IMG/VR virus record: IMGVR_UViG_3300020576_003530
Location: 32,001 to 96,000 of that record
Source of the DNA: a virus
Lineage: Duplodnaviria > Caudoviricetes
Direction: 5' to 3' (one strand)
DNA length: 64,000 nucleotides
In this document: positions 26,605-36,886 of the stretch, piece by piece
Numbering within the stretch: the stretch's first letter is position 1
How the letters are laid out: every line of letters begins with the position of its first letter
Notes under the pieces: model-generated
Database searches by the model: none
Seen by the model: only the letters and a program-made list of their open reading frames with translations
Told to the model about the DNA's origin: nothing
Made by a program: the position numbers and the translations under genes

Positions 26605-27614
26605 GCGAGTTACTTAAATGGATCGAGAAGGATTTTGGAGAAGTTTGCCACACTGCTATGGAAACTGCAGAGTATGAGGGTGATTTCATCCCAACCACCC
26701 TTTCCATGGATATTGCCCTGTATGGTGGTCTGAAAGAGGGCACCATTACGAGTCTGGCTTCCGCTCCTAAATGCGGCAAGACTACTTGGTCGCTGACGGT
26801 GGCAGCTAACGCTCAGGCTATGGGCAAGACCGTCTATTATGCGGATGCTGAAAATCGTTTGGAAAATAGTCTGCTTGACTCGATTCCTGGTCTGGACAAA
26901 TCTAAGTTACTGATCATCCGGTCGAGTCTCGATAAGGTGCTGTCGGCCGAAGACTATCTGAATATCCTCGAGAGAGCCCTAAAGGACGATCCGGGCTGTC
27001 TCTGCATCGTCGATTCGGTGGCGGCAATTTGCCCCGAGGCCGAGCTTGGAGAGGCTGTAAGGGGTAATAATCGATCCCAGACGCCCAAGATCATGTATAA
27101 CTTCCTGCGAAAAATTGCTCCGATTATGAGGCCCACCCGTTCCAGCCTCATCCTCATCACTCATATGCAGGCTAATACTTCTGGCTATGGAGCTAGCAAG
27201 GTTCAGGTTGGTGGTAATGGAATTGAATTCTTTGCGTCCAACTGGTTGGTCATCAAGAAGGTCGAGAAGATTGACGATCCTAAGACCGCCAAGGAAATTG
27301 GTAAGAATAGCCAGTTTGAGGTCAAGGCGGCTGCGTGTGGTGCCCCCAATGGCGAGCCAACAATTTATGTGAGGTACGGTCTTGGCTGCGATAAGTATGA
27401 GGACATCATTGGGTTGAGTCAGGATCTAGGTTTCCTCAACAAGGCTGGTGCGTGGTTTAACTTCTCTGAGGACCTCCTCAAAGATGAAAAGGGTAAGCCT
27501 GTTAAATTCCAAGGTGGCCCGGCTGTCCGTGAGTACTTAGTTAAGAATCCCGAGTTTTACAAGCTACTCGATACTAAAATTCGCGAAATTGCTTTGCCCA
27601 AAAAGAAGGGATAA
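26601..27614 (+). CDS. recA: RecA/UvsX recombinase
   Basis: Walker A (S)APKCGKTT, DAEN, IVDSVAA, GG...F, KAGAWF and KFQG. Confidence 0.9.
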   Translation: MSELLKWIEKDFGEVCHTAMETAEYEGDFIPTTLSMDIALYGGLKEGTITSLASAPKCGKTTWSLTVAANAQAMGKTVYYADAENRLENSLLDSIPGLDKSKLLIIRSSLDKVLSAEDYLNILERALKDDPGCLCIVDSVAAICPEAELGEAVRGNNRSQTPKIMYNFLRKIAPIMRPTRSSLILITHMQANTSGYGASKVQVGGNGIEFFASNWLVIKKVEKIDDPKTAKEIGKNSQFEVKAAACGAPNGEPTIYVRYGLGCDKYEDIIGLSQDLGFLNKAGAWFNFSEDLLKDEKGKPVKFQGGPAVREYLVKNPEFYKLLDTKIREIALPKKKG

Positions 27615-27624
27615 CTGTCCTACA

Positions 27625-28020
27625 ATGAAAGTTCGTGGTATAGACGATAAGGAATACAAGTTTCCGGTCGATCGCTCGGCTTATCCGCTCAGAAGCGAGG
27701 CAGGATGTCGTTCAGGGGTACAATACAGGTGTGGGCAGGTTCTTGCCTCCATCTATCCGTTTGATCCGATTCTAGAAGATGTGCCGGTTCCTCCGCGTGC
27801 CCAGTTTTATCTCGACTTCTGGTTGCCCAAACGTAAGTTGGCTATTGAAGTTCAGGGCGAACAGCACACAACCTATACTCCCTTCTTCCATGGGACTAAA
27901 GATAAGTATTACAGAGCCATGTCGAGGGACAGGGATAAATTGGCTTTTTGCGAGAAGAATGACATTACTCTCTACTGCGTTGACTCTCCAGAACAACTAA
28001 AGGAACTTCTACTTGGATAG
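27625..28020 (+). CDS. DUF559/Vsr-like PD-(D/E)XK endonuclease
   Basis: YLDFWLP..LAIEVQGEQH...FFHG...RD..K..FC..N.I. Confidence 0.8.
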   Translation: MKVRGIDDKEYKFPVDRSAYPLRSEAGCRSGVQYRCGQVLASIYPFDPILEDVPVPPRAQFYLDFWLPKRKLAIEVQGEQHTTYTPFFHGTKDKYYRAMSRDRDKLAFCEKNDITLYCVDSPEQLKELLLG

Positions 28021-28489
28021 GTATGATTTAAAAGGTATTGCTGAAGGAATTGAGATCAAGCGTTCGGAGTTTCAATTCCCTAAAATCAGTCCACCCGTCA
28101 ATATTCAGATCATTATGAATCATGTGCAGCAAGGCCAGATTACGACCTTCGATTCGGTCACCCTGTATGGCTTTGCTGTTGAACTTGCTCAGTATGCTCT
28201 TTACTTGGCCATCGAAATTAATCGATTGCAGGCCAAGGCTAAATGTCTCGAGTCCAACCTCAAGCATATTGTGGGCAAGAATCTCGAAAACGCCGTAGGC
28301 TTTACCTTCCAAGAGAAGGATCATTCGATTAGAGCTAACGACAATTTAGCTGCTCAATATGAAGAGCAAAAACTTGCTCTAAGTGCTCAAATTGACACTT
28401 TCAACTTCGTCGATCGTAAGGTAAGTTTTGTGGCCGAACTCATTAGAGATTTGGCTCGCAATAAGGGTATGCAGCGTTTAGATGTCTAA
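28013..28489 (+). CDS. helical protein, possible recombination mediator (UvsY-like)
   Basis: Coiled-coil composition, located near recA; TTG start. Confidence 0.4.
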   Translation: MDRYDLKGIAEGIEIKRSEFQFPKISPPVNIQIIMNHVQQGQITTFDSVTLYGFAVELAQYALYLAIEINRLQAKAKCLESNLKHIVGKNLENAVGFTFQEKDHSIRANDNLAAQYEEQKLALSAQIDTFNFVDRKVSFVAELIRDLARNKGMQRLDV

Positions 28490-28525
28490 GATAGGTCAGA
28501 AATCAGTCACAAGGTATTTTTCACT

Positions 28526-29059
28526 ATGAGTAATCCATTAGAAATGATCAAAGAGGGACTTCAGGCTGGCAATCTTCAGCAAATTGCTGACGGTTATGCC
28601 ATGATGACGGGACAGAAAATTAGCGTTCCCAGCAGTACTGTTGTTGCCCCGCCCACCATTAATATTCCCGGCGTAGGTGTCTACACTATTACTGGTGAGG
28701 TTGCTCCCGCCAATACTCCTACCGTTCATACCGGCCATATGGCTCAATCTATTGCTTCCCGTCCATATAGTCAACCAGCAATTAGTGATTCGCCAGATTA
28801 TGTAACGGTAAGAACGCCTAAAAACAACGCTTCTAAAATGCAGATCTGGGAAGGGGATACTGAACCGGTCGATCCTAAGGAAGAGGCCATCCGAGAGAAA
28901 CTTAACCCTACCCCTCGTACTCGCGATGAGTACGTGCCCAACTTTGTTAAGTGCTCTAACGCTAGCTGTCATGAACTAGTGGACGCAAACAAGCCGGGCG
29001 GCAAGGTCATTATTGATGGCAGTAGTAATCCCGTCCACTATTGTAACAAGCACGTTTGA
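28526..29059 (+). CDS. Pro-rich protein with C-terminal Zn finger
   Basis: CSNASC...YCNKH. Confidence 0.55.
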   Translation: MSNPLEMIKEGLQAGNLQQIADGYAMMTGQKISVPSSTVVAPPTINIPGVGVYTITGEVAPANTPTVHTGHMAQSIASRPYSQPAISDSPDYVTVRTPKNNASKMQIWEGDTEPVDPKEEAIREKLNPTPRTRDEYVPNFVKCSNASCHELVDANKPGGKVIIDGSSNPVHYCNKHV

Positions 29060-29091
29060 TGTAAGAATTTAATTCAAGGACTTTCTCCCTC

Positions 29092-30501
29092 TTGTTTACC
29101 GATCTACAAAAAGAGAGACTTCTACTTTCGGGTATCGTCAAAGGTGGTAGCTCGGCCTATCATAATGCAGACTTCCTAATTGATGTTAACAACTTTTCGA
29201 CCCAGAGCCATCAATTAATCTATTCGGTAATTAAGAAATTGGCAGCAGATGGTGTGGATCAGTTTGATCTACCTCTTATTGCCCAGCACTGTAAGAACGT
29301 CAATGAAGTCGTATTCAATCGTGGTAATGTCTATGAGATTCTAGAAGAACTCAATCAGTCCAATGTCCGGGCAGAAAATATTGAGCAGTATGCGAAGGAA
29401 TTGGCAAGATTAGGCTTGTATCGCGAACTTCATGAACGGTTGGAAGAGGCTAAGTATAAGTTGGAAGGTGTCAATCCCTCTCAATCAGTCCTAAAGACCT
29501 TCGGCGATATTGAAAAAACCATCTTTGACTTCGAAAATAAGCTAATTGCCAATCAGCAAGACTTTGTTGACATGGGCAAAAAGGTTGTAGAATTACTCAA
29601 CTTCTTGGCCGAAACTAAGCCAAAGAATCAGGGCATTCCTACTGGATTCCCTGTCTACGATCACTGTATTGGTGGAGGATTACGTCCAGGCGTTCATATC
29701 ATTGGAGCTAGATCGGGATGCGGCAAAACCACCCTGAACACTAATCAAATTGTGAATGTGGGGCTGGCCAATATCCCCATGTTATACTTGGACACTGAAA
29801 TGTCTGATAAGGATATCTTAGTCAAGGCTGTAGCCTCGTTGTCCGGCGTCTCCGTCACGAACATTGAAAGCGGACTCTTTGGCGATTCGATGGTATTGGC
29901 CAAGCAAGTCGGAGAGGCTCAGGCTAAAATTCAGGCCTTCAACTTTCAGTACAAGAATATCTCTGGCTACGCCCCACAGCAGACTGTCAGTGTTATCCGC
30001 AATTGGATCATGAAGTATGTAGGATTTGATGCGAACGGAAATCTTAATCCGTGCGTAGTCTTCCTTGATTACATTAAAGTCATGGACATTAAGGATATGG
30101 GGAACGTTCAGGAGTATCAGTATCTTGGACAGTATATTACAGATTTGCATAATCTGACTGTTAAGTACCCTCTCCCTATCGTTGCTATGATCCAGCTTAA
30201 TAGGGACGGCATTGATCGAGAGGACGCTGGAGCAATCTCTGGTTCAGACCGTATTACTTGGTTGGCAACCAGCGTGACCATCCTTAAAAAGAAAACGGTA
30301 GAGGACTTTGTGGCAGACCCCATCACGAACGGATCTCACAAGATGGTCCCCATCAAATCTCGCTATGGGCCACCACTTGATCAAGGTGTTTACATCAATC
30401 TGGCGACCAACTTTGCTTGTGCTAAAATCGTAGAAAACGGTACTAATGTCAACACAAGAGGAATCAACATCGCGGGCGGTAACGACACAGTTGCTCTCTG
30501 A
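29092..30501 (+). CDS. dnaB: replicative DNA helicase
   Basis: GIPTGF..D...GG, GARSGCGKT, DTEM, LDYIK, QLNR and KSRYGP. Confidence 0.93.
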   Translation: MFTDLQKERLLLSGIVKGGSSAYHNADFLIDVNNFSTQSHQLIYSVIKKLAADGVDQFDLPLIAQHCKNVNEVVFNRGNVYEILEELNQSNVRAENIEQYAKELARLGLYRELHERLEEAKYKLEGVNPSQSVLKTFGDIEKTIFDFENKLIANQQDFVDMGKKVVELLNFLAETKPKNQGIPTGFPVYDHCIGGGLRPGVHIIGARSGCGKTTLNTNQIVNVGLANIPMLYLDTEMSDKDILVKAVASLSGVSVTNIESGLFGDSMVLAKQVGEAQAKIQAFNFQYKNISGYAPQQTVSVIRNWIMKYVGFDANGNLNPCVVFLDYIKVMDIKDMGNVQEYQYLGQYITDLHNLTVKYPLPIVAMIQLNRDGIDREDAGAISGSDRITWLATSVTILKKKTVEDFVADPITNGSHKMVPIKSRYGPPLDQGVYINLATNFACAKIVENGTNVNTRGINIAGGNDTVAL

Positions 30502-31357
30502 ATCAGATCTAGTTAGTTCTCTTCAACTCAATAATGGGCGTGGTCGCTGCCCCATTCATGGTGGCGATAATGATACGGCTTTTCACTATAATGAAACGAC
30601 TGGCAGGTGGCGGTGTTACACGCATGGCTGCCATAATCTAGTAGATAGGAATGATCTAAGAGGGTTGGCCAAGCATCTTGGTTGGCGGCTGAATGCTGTT
30701 CGGCCAGTCAAGGTAGTAAAAAAGAAGCCTGAGATCGTCTTAGACCGTGTTGCTGTCGAAGATGCTGGCATCACTGATACTTACTTTACCTCGAGAGGAT
30801 TTCGCCCCGAAACATCCTCATTCTTTGAAGCTTTTAAGTGTAACAATCCAAGTCATCCGCTGTTTGGCCGCTCAGTCATTCCTCTTAAAAATGACGAAGG
30901 CATGGTGGTAGGATACTCTGGTCGAACATCCGTAGGTAGTATGGTCAAGTGGTTACACTATCCTAAAAACCTCGTAAAAAGCGAAATTCTATACAATTTA
31001 CATCACGCTAAATCATTTATTCAGGCTCATCATACAATAATATTGACGGAGGGCATTCTAAAGGTCTGGAGACTGTGGGAAGCAAAAATTTGCTGTTCGG
31101 TCGCCACGCTGGGCACCTCTTTCTCTGACAAACAGTTTGGACTACTCAACAAGTACGGCGTTAATAAGATTATCCTCCTCATGGATGAAGATGAGGCGGG
31201 AATGAAGTTTACAAACTCCATCTATAACAGATGTCCCGATAATATAGAAATCTTTAGTCTACGACATCTAATCACTAGCGATATCGACGAAATGACTGTA
31301 GAGCAAATTAATCAGCAAATCAAACCGACTATTAAATCTATCATCTATGGCAACTAA
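30446..31357 (+). CDS. dnaG: DNA primase (CHC2 Zn finger + TOPRIM)
   Basis: CPIH...WRC..HGC, VGYSGR, LYNL, TEG, ATLGT and MDEDEAG. Confidence 0.9.
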   Translation: MSTQEESTSRAVTTQLLSESDLVSSLQLNNGRGRCPIHGGDNDTAFHYNETTGRWRCYTHGCHNLVDRNDLRGLAKHLGWRLNAVRPVKVVKKKPEIVLDRVAVEDAGITDTYFTSRGFRPETSSFFEAFKCNNPSHPLFGRSVIPLKNDEGMVVGYSGRTSVGSMVKWLHYPKNLVKSEILYNLHHAKSFIQAHHTIILTEGILKVWRLWEAKICCSVATLGTSFSDKQFGLLNKYGVNKIILLMDEDEAGMKFTNSIYNRCPDNIEIFSLRHLITSDIDEMTVEQINQQIKPTIKSIIYGN

Positions 31358-32024
31358 AATTCTACTTATTTCCGGCAAGGCTCAGTCAGGTAAGGATACG
31401 GCGGCAGATTGTATTACTGCCAGAAGTCATCTTCGGTATGATCAACGGCGAGGTAAAGCTTTAGTAACGACCTCCTATGTAAAATGCGAAAGCCAAAAGT
31501 TCTCATTTGCCGATCCTCTCAAAGAGTTCTGCATTAATGTGTTTGGGCTGACTCGTCAGCAGTGCTATGGTACAAACGACGATAAGAATACACCCACAAA
31601 TATTAAGTGGTGCGATCTTCCATTGCCGACAGAGAAGATCTTGAGTTTGATCCCCTCTCCCGACCGCCTTTCCTCCTTCATGACAGCCCGAGAGGTCCTC
31701 GAGGTATTTGGCTCCCAGATCTGCCGCAAAATGTATAATGACTGCTGGGCCTATGCCACGAAGAAACGTGCTATCGAGGCTAAGTGTGACTTGTCCATCA
31801 TTGCAGATGTAAGATTTCCAAATGAGATCGATCTGTTCCTAGAACTTGACCCTATTGTGGTCCGTTTTACTCGAAATCTGTTAAATCGGCAGACCGAGTC
31901 TGAATTGGCCCTTGATCATTATGATTGGTCTAAGGTAAAGAATTTTATCCTAATTGACAACATTAATATGACGGTAGATGAAAAGAATAAAAAGGTGCTC
32001 GAAGCCATTGTTCAATATCTATAA
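31347..32024 (+). CDS. deoxynucleoside monophosphate kinase
   Basis: SGKAQSGKDT, SFADPLK and DVRFPNE. Confidence 0.88.
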   Translation: MATKILLISGKAQSGKDTAADCITARSHLRYDQRRGKALVTTSYVKCESQKFSFADPLKEFCINVFGLTRQQCYGTNDDKNTPTNIKWCDLPLPTEKILSLIPSPDRLSSFMTAREVLEVFGSQICRKMYNDCWAYATKKRAIEAKCDLSIIADVRFPNEIDLFLELDPIVVRFTRNLLNRQTESELALDHYDWSKVKNFILIDNINMTVDEKNKKVLEAIVQYL

Positions 32025-32047
32025 CCTCGCCGAGGGTATAATCAAAT

Positions 32048-32536
32048 ATGGCACTACCGAACATCTACATTTCTGCCATAGGGCCCAAGAACGCTGGTCT
32101 TGGTGGCTACGATGTAGATAATCCGAGCAGAACGGCCTTAAAACGACTTTATGAGTCCATTATCGATCTATACAGTCTGAACTACAACGTAATTGGTATT
32201 AGTGGTTTGGCCACCGGTACTGAGCAGGACTTTGTGGCAGCGTGTATTGCGAAAAAGATTAAGTATAAGTTGATCCTGCCGTTCAAACATCAGGAAAAAC
32301 TGTGGCCTCAAGTACCCTCCTATTATGAGGATTATCTCGCAAAGGCCTCCTCGTTAGAGTATGTTAGTAAGGGTCAATATTCCCCAAAGAAAATTATCGA
32401 CAAACAGGTCATTATTGTTGATCAAAGTGACGTCGTCATCTATATTCAAAATAAACTCAAACACCGTTGTGATCTACTAAACTACATCATTCATAACAAC
32501 AAAAAATTCTTCATCACAACCTGTCCATATGTATAA
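32048..32536 (+). CDS. SLOG/YspA-like (DUF1273) protein
   Basis: ISGLATG.EQ, LPF..QE..W and IVDQSD. Confidence 0.7.
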   Translation: MALPNIYISAIGPKNAGLGGYDVDNPSRTALKRLYESIIDLYSLNYNVIGISGLATGTEQDFVAACIAKKIKYKLILPFKHQEKLWPQVPSYYEDYLAKASSLEYVSKGQYSPKKIIDKQVIIVDQSDVVIYIQNKLKHRCDLLNYIIHNNKKFFITTCPYV

Positions 32537-32915
32537 ATTATTCTTTGATGGAAGTGTCCGAAATGGCGTAGCCTACTATGGGTACGTAATCTACCATAAC
32601 GATAAAAAGATACATTCTAATTGCGGCGTCTTACTTCACGAGGACAACAGCAGTATCGCCGAATACGTTGGATTAATTTACGGGCTCAAGCGAGTTATTG
32701 AGCTTAAAGGTCCAACTAAGGAAGCTGTTCACATCTTTGGTGATAGTCTGTTAATCATACAACATCTCAAAAAGAAACAAATCAAGTCTAAAAAACTTCT
32801 ACCAGTTTTCGAAGAAACAAAACTACTTCTACTTCAACTAAACTGGTCTATTGCTTGGATTCCAAGCAAAAATAATAGCGAAGCCCATAAAATGGCACGC
32901 TCTATCAACGCCTAA
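32529..32915 (+). CDS. rnhA: ribonuclease HI
   Basis: FDGS, AEY.GL, GDS.L and WIP...N..A(H). Confidence 0.85.
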   Translation: MYKLFFDGSVRNGVAYYGYVIYHNDKKIHSNCGVLLHEDNSSIAEYVGLIYGLKRVIELKGPTKEAVHIFGDSLLIIQHLKKKQIKSKKLLPVFEETKLLLLQLNWSIAWIPSKNNSEAHKMARSINA

Positions 32916-32966
32916 GATCAGATCAGACCAGATAGACTACTCTTACTATTTCCTCTCTATCCTTCT

Positions 32967-33962
32967 ATGAATATCTCCTCACTAAGCCCCTCCAAGATTG
33001 AGACCTATAAGTCCTGCCCGTGGCTCTTTTACCTAAGTGCTATTCTGGGACTGCCCGATGATCCTAACCCCAAAACCATTTGTGGCAGTATTGTTCACCA
33101 TGTTCTGGAAATTATGGCAAGGGCTAAAAAGAATGGGCACTATCTCCTCAATGACAAATACATCAACCCCAATTATCTTCTAAAGATCTGTTGGGTCAAA
33201 TACGTAAGAGAGAATCCCAAACTTGAGTTCACTCAGGAGCATTATGACTTCTGCAAGGAAATGCTTACCCAAGTCTTAAAGACCGCTTATAATCCGCTCA
33301 AACAAAAGATTGTGGCGGCTGAGGCCTTTTTCGAACTTAACATGAACGATAAGGGTTTTCAGTATAAGTACAAGAATCATGTGGACGGCTCTCCTAAAGA
33401 GGGCAACCTCATGGTTAGAGGGATTATCGATCTAGTGATCGAACTCGACGAAGATACCATCGAGATTGTAGACTATAAGACCGGCCAACGTAAAGACTGG
33501 AATACGGGCAAAAAGAAGCAGTTGGACGACTTCTATAAGGATACCGCCCTCAATACGTACGATTTAGCAGCACAAAGACTGTTCCCTCAGTATAAAAACC
33601 GAATCATTACTCTAATTTACATTCGAGACGGAGGTCCCTACTCTATCTCGATGGATTCACGCCATAACAAAGCCGCTATCGATACTCTTCGTAAGTCATA
33701 TCGTAATATTCTGTTTGATGAGAACGTTGAGCGTCTGAAAGACCAACCCAACAGTAATAGTTACTACAAGTGCAATAAAATGTGCTCTTTTGGAACTACC
33801 AAGATTGATGGCAAGAGTTTGTGCGATATCCTCTATAAAGAATTCAATGCGGGTGGCAAGTTGAAGTCTACACCAGTCCTATATGAGATTACCTCTGAAA
33901 GACGCAGTCTAAATAAGCGTTCCTCGCTGGGTAAATCGAACAAGATCAACCTCCGCAATTGA
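32967..33962 (+). CDS. PD-(D/E)XK exonuclease, Cas4/RecB-like
   Basis: SPS......CP, G...H..LE, RGIIDL, IVDYKTG and a C-terminal C...C...C. Confidence 0.85.
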   Translation: MNISSLSPSKIETYKSCPWLFYLSAILGLPDDPNPKTICGSIVHHVLEIMARAKKNGHYLLNDKYINPNYLLKICWVKYVRENPKLEFTQEHYDFCKEMLTQVLKTAYNPLKQKIVAAEAFFELNMNDKGFQYKYKNHVDGSPKEGNLMVRGIIDLVIELDEDTIEIVDYKTGQRKDWNTGKKKQLDDFYKDTALNTYDLAAQRLFPQYKNRIITLIYIRDGGPYSISMDSRHNKAAIDTLRKSYRNILFDENVERLKDQPNSNSYYKCNKMCSFGTTKIDGKSLCDILYKEFNAGGKLKSTPVLYEITSERRSLNKRSSLGKSNKINLRN

Positions 33963-34186
33963 TAACAACGTCCTCTATTCCTATACTAATACGACCAATG
34001 GAACACTCCGTCTTTATTGATAAGTTAGATTCGATCAACGATGTCTTGTCGGATATTACGAACGTTACTGCCCGGCAGGATGATGCGTTAGCCAAGGTGC
34101 AAGAGATTCTGACGCTTTTAGCCACTCTCATCGAATCCGACCAGTCAATTTTACTGTCCGATCTTCCCTCTTACCTGAGTATCTAA
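33959..34186 (+). CDS. hypothetical protein
   Basis: Coupled ORF between the nuclease and dnaE-N. Confidence 0.45.
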   Translation: MITTSSIPILIRPMEHSVFIDKLDSINDVLSDITNVTARQDDALAKVQEILTLLATLIESDQSILLSDLPSYLSI

Positions 34187-35826
34187 TGACATTTCAAATT
34201 AGGACTTTTACTCACTACTCTATCCAGCAGGCGTTTTGCCACATCCCAGATGTGGTAAGTAAGGCATATAAGTTGGGTCTCTCTGGTTTGGCCATCTGCG
34301 ATTTAGAGTCGATGTCGGGATGTCCAGAGTTTGTTTCGCTAATTGATAAAAAGAACAAGAAAGAAACCAGTAAAATTACACCAATTCTCGGTGTAACTCT
34401 CAAGCATACAACAGGGCTATTTTCCTTCTTTGCCCTGAACTATGCTGGATATCTGGACATTACCCTCCTGCTTTCCAAGTACAACTTTCATAAGAAAGAT
34501 ATGAACTTGTGCATGGAGTATGTCACGAAGAATATGGTCTGTATAGCAGATGCTCCGCATGAGGAAGTTAGTAAGAGGGTCAAATTCTTCGACCTTCACT
34601 CGTCGTTTGAGCAGAACGAAGTTTATTATGTCAACGAGGAAGACAGGCTGTATCAGCAGATTATCATTTGCTCCAAGCATAAAGCCACTCTCAATGATGA
34701 GAAGGAATTGGTTGAGCAGTTTCCAGAGTACAAGAAGTTTTTTAGCACAGATGTACTACATCTAACCAACTCTGGCAATAAGAAGTGTGATGACTTGTTA
34801 GGCCTGTTTGAGCCATACTCAATCTTTATCGATCCTCAAATTCCCTCCTGCATTGAGGACGGAAAGGCCATCCTTGATCCCGATGCCTACTTGCTAAATG
34901 CCTGTAGAGCAGGCTGGAAGTCTAAGGGGTTGGATAAAAAGGTTGAAAAGGATGATACCCTTAAAAAGGTTTATGTCGAGCGAATTCAGGAAGAATTAGG
35001 TACGATTACCAAGGCTAAGATCTCCAACTACCTTCTCCTAGTTCGTGATATCGTCCTTTTTACTCGTCGTTCTGGCCAGGGTATCACGCTAAGAGGTTCA
35101 GCGGCAGGCTGCTTAGTCTCCTACTTGTCCGATCTTAATAGTATTGATCCAGTATTACCCGATCCTACTCTTCCATACCATCCAGATAGATGTCTACTCT
35201 TCTCTCGCTTCCTTAATGCCGGACGTATTACGGAAGGTCGTATTACACTCCCCGATATTGATATCGATGTGGGGATTGAATTCAGATCGGTCATTCGTGA
35301 ATATCTGCGTACTAAATATGGACACGATCATGTCTGTAACATCATTACCTTTCAGAAAATGAAGGGTGCTGGCAGCATCAAAGAGGTTTTCCGAGTACTT
35401 AATCGTCCCTTCGATGTGGCCAATAAGATTACCTCAGCCATGGTTGATGAGGCTAAAGTGCAGGATGAATTGGAAGATTTGAAAGAGGATAATCCTGACT
35501 ACAACATCATTAACTACTGTGTGGATCATATCCCACTCATTAATCAGGCCTATCAGGAATACAAGTATGAGTTTGATATTGCCATCAAACTGGCCAATAC
35601 TATCCGGGCAACCGGACAACATGCAGCCGGAGTGATCGTGGCTAATCGACCAGTAGAGACGTTCCTACCAGTAGACTACGATGAAAATGGCGACGTTATC
35701 GAACAGTATCATATGAAGGACGTCGAACTCATGGGTGGTGTCAAGTTTGACCTGCTTGGAGTTGCGGCCCAGTCAAAAATCCGCGTTATCAAAGATAGAT
35801 TAAAACAGAAAGGTATTAATGCTTAA
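34186..35826 (+). CDS. dnaE: DNA polymerase III alpha, N-terminal half (degenerate PHP + palm)
   Basis: RGSAAGCLVSY, FSRFLN..R, PDIDID, GQHAAGV and KFDLLG. Confidence 0.92.
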   Translation: MTFQIRTFTHYSIQQAFCHIPDVVSKAYKLGLSGLAICDLESMSGCPEFVSLIDKKNKKETSKITPILGVTLKHTTGLFSFFALNYAGYLDITLLLSKYNFHKKDMNLCMEYVTKNMVCIADAPHEEVSKRVKFFDLHSSFEQNEVYYVNEEDRLYQQIIICSKHKATLNDEKELVEQFPEYKKFFSTDVLHLTNSGNKKCDDLLGLFEPYSIFIDPQIPSCIEDGKAILDPDAYLLNACRAGWKSKGLDKKVEKDDTLKKVYVERIQEELGTITKAKISNYLLLVRDIVLFTRRSGQGITLRGSAAGCLVSYLSDLNSIDPVLPDPTLPYHPDRCLLFSRFLNAGRITEGRITLPDIDIDVGIEFRSVIREYLRTKYGHDHVCNIITFQKMKGAGSIKEVFRVLNRPFDVANKITSAMVDEAKVQDELEDLKEDNPDYNIINYCVDHIPLINQAYQEYKYEFDIAIKLANTIRATGQHAAGVIVANRPVETFLPVDYDENGDVIEQYHMKDVELMGGVKFDLLGVAAQSKIRVIKDRLKQKGINA

Positions 35827-36154
35827 GACTCCTAAGATTGTTAAAGTTGAGAAGTTTATCGGATTGGTCACTATTGAGGGCCAGGAAAGTCCTATTGAGA
35901 TTGAGCAAATGACGGCCTATGCTGGCTTCCCCGAGGGTGAGTTTAAGACTACCTTTGTGGCCCTGCTAAACCTGCCCACTAAGCTCGGCATTCCTTATAC
36001 CATCAAGATCCCTGTTGAAGCGACTACCATCGAAGAGGCTGTAGAAAAGGCCCCCGACGCCCTCATCGCAGCTTACAATGAAATGGAAGCCGAAGCACAA
36101 AAGGCTCGCATTATCACTCCTAGTAATACTCCCCAAGCACTCAAACTCGTCTAA
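35819..36154 (+). CDS. hypothetical protein
   Basis: ORF between the dnaE halves; ends RIITP...LKLV. Confidence 0.6.
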   Translation: MLKTPKIVKVEKFIGLVTIEGQESPIEIEQMTAYAGFPEGEFKTTFVALLNLPTKLGIPYTIKIPVEATTIEEAVEKAPDALIAAYNEMEAEAQKARIITPSNTPQALKLV

Positions 36155-36201
36155 GTTAGATTCAATAATCGTTTCATACACTATTCCATTTACCTCCTAC
36201 A

Positions 36202-36834
36202 ATGAACAAGCGTAACTACGTAATTTTCGACTTCGAGACCAGCGGCCTCAAATTCCATGAGGGTGCTGAACCTCTTCAATTAGCTGCCATTGCAGTCACC
36301 CCTCAACTTACTTATCATGAGATTGAACCTTTCGAAGTAATTATCAAACCGCAGACCCCGGAAAAAGCCGAGGCCGGAGCCCTCAAGGTAATTGGTCCTG
36401 AATTATGGGCCAAGGCTAATGAGGAAGGGCTGGACCCCAAGGCTGCCTTTAACTCGTTTGCTGAATGGTTGAATCGTGTCAACACGGATGCCCGCAAGGG
36501 CACGTATGGTGCCCCCATCCCTGTCGGCTTTAACCTCAAGTTCGATGTAGACATTGCTGAACTCTACATGATTGATCGGCTCAAATTGTATCCTGATAAG
36601 GATAAGATGCCCTTCCAGTCACGTGGAATTGATCTCTGGCAATCTCTGTTCACACTCTTTGAGTCCGATCCTACCATGGAACGATTCAATGCGGACGCTA
36701 TGTTTGCCGCCATGAAGTTGTCTCGTACTCAAGGTACTCACGATGCAATGGAGGATGTGAAATTGACAGCCGCCTCATTCATCCGCTTCATGCAGTTTTA
36801 TCGTAACTGCCGAAAGAAAATGTCAATCAAATAA
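36202..36834 (+). CDS. dnaQ: DEDDh 3'-5' exonuclease (DnaQ/epsilon-like)
   Basis: ExoI FDFETSG, ExoII GFN..FD and ExoIII HDAMEDV. Confidence 0.88.
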   Translation: MNKRNYVIFDFETSGLKFHEGAEPLQLAAIAVTPQLTYHEIEPFEVIIKPQTPEKAEAGALKVIGPELWAKANEEGLDPKAAFNSFAEWLNRVNTDARKGTYGAPIPVGFNLKFDVDIAELYMIDRLKLYPDKDKMPFQSRGIDLWQSLFTLFESDPTMERFNADAMFAAMKLSRTQGTHDAMEDVKLTAASFIRFMQFYRNCRKKMSIK

Positions 36835-36886
36835 GTAAGATCAAGTCAGGTATCAGTCAATTTTCTAACTTTCTAAACTCCCTCAT

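Noticed and set aside
32529-32915. RNase H inactivated because the last catalytic Asp is His
   Set aside because: The three essential acidic residues are intact and the fourth position is known to tolerate substitution, so this is not evidence of a pseudogene.
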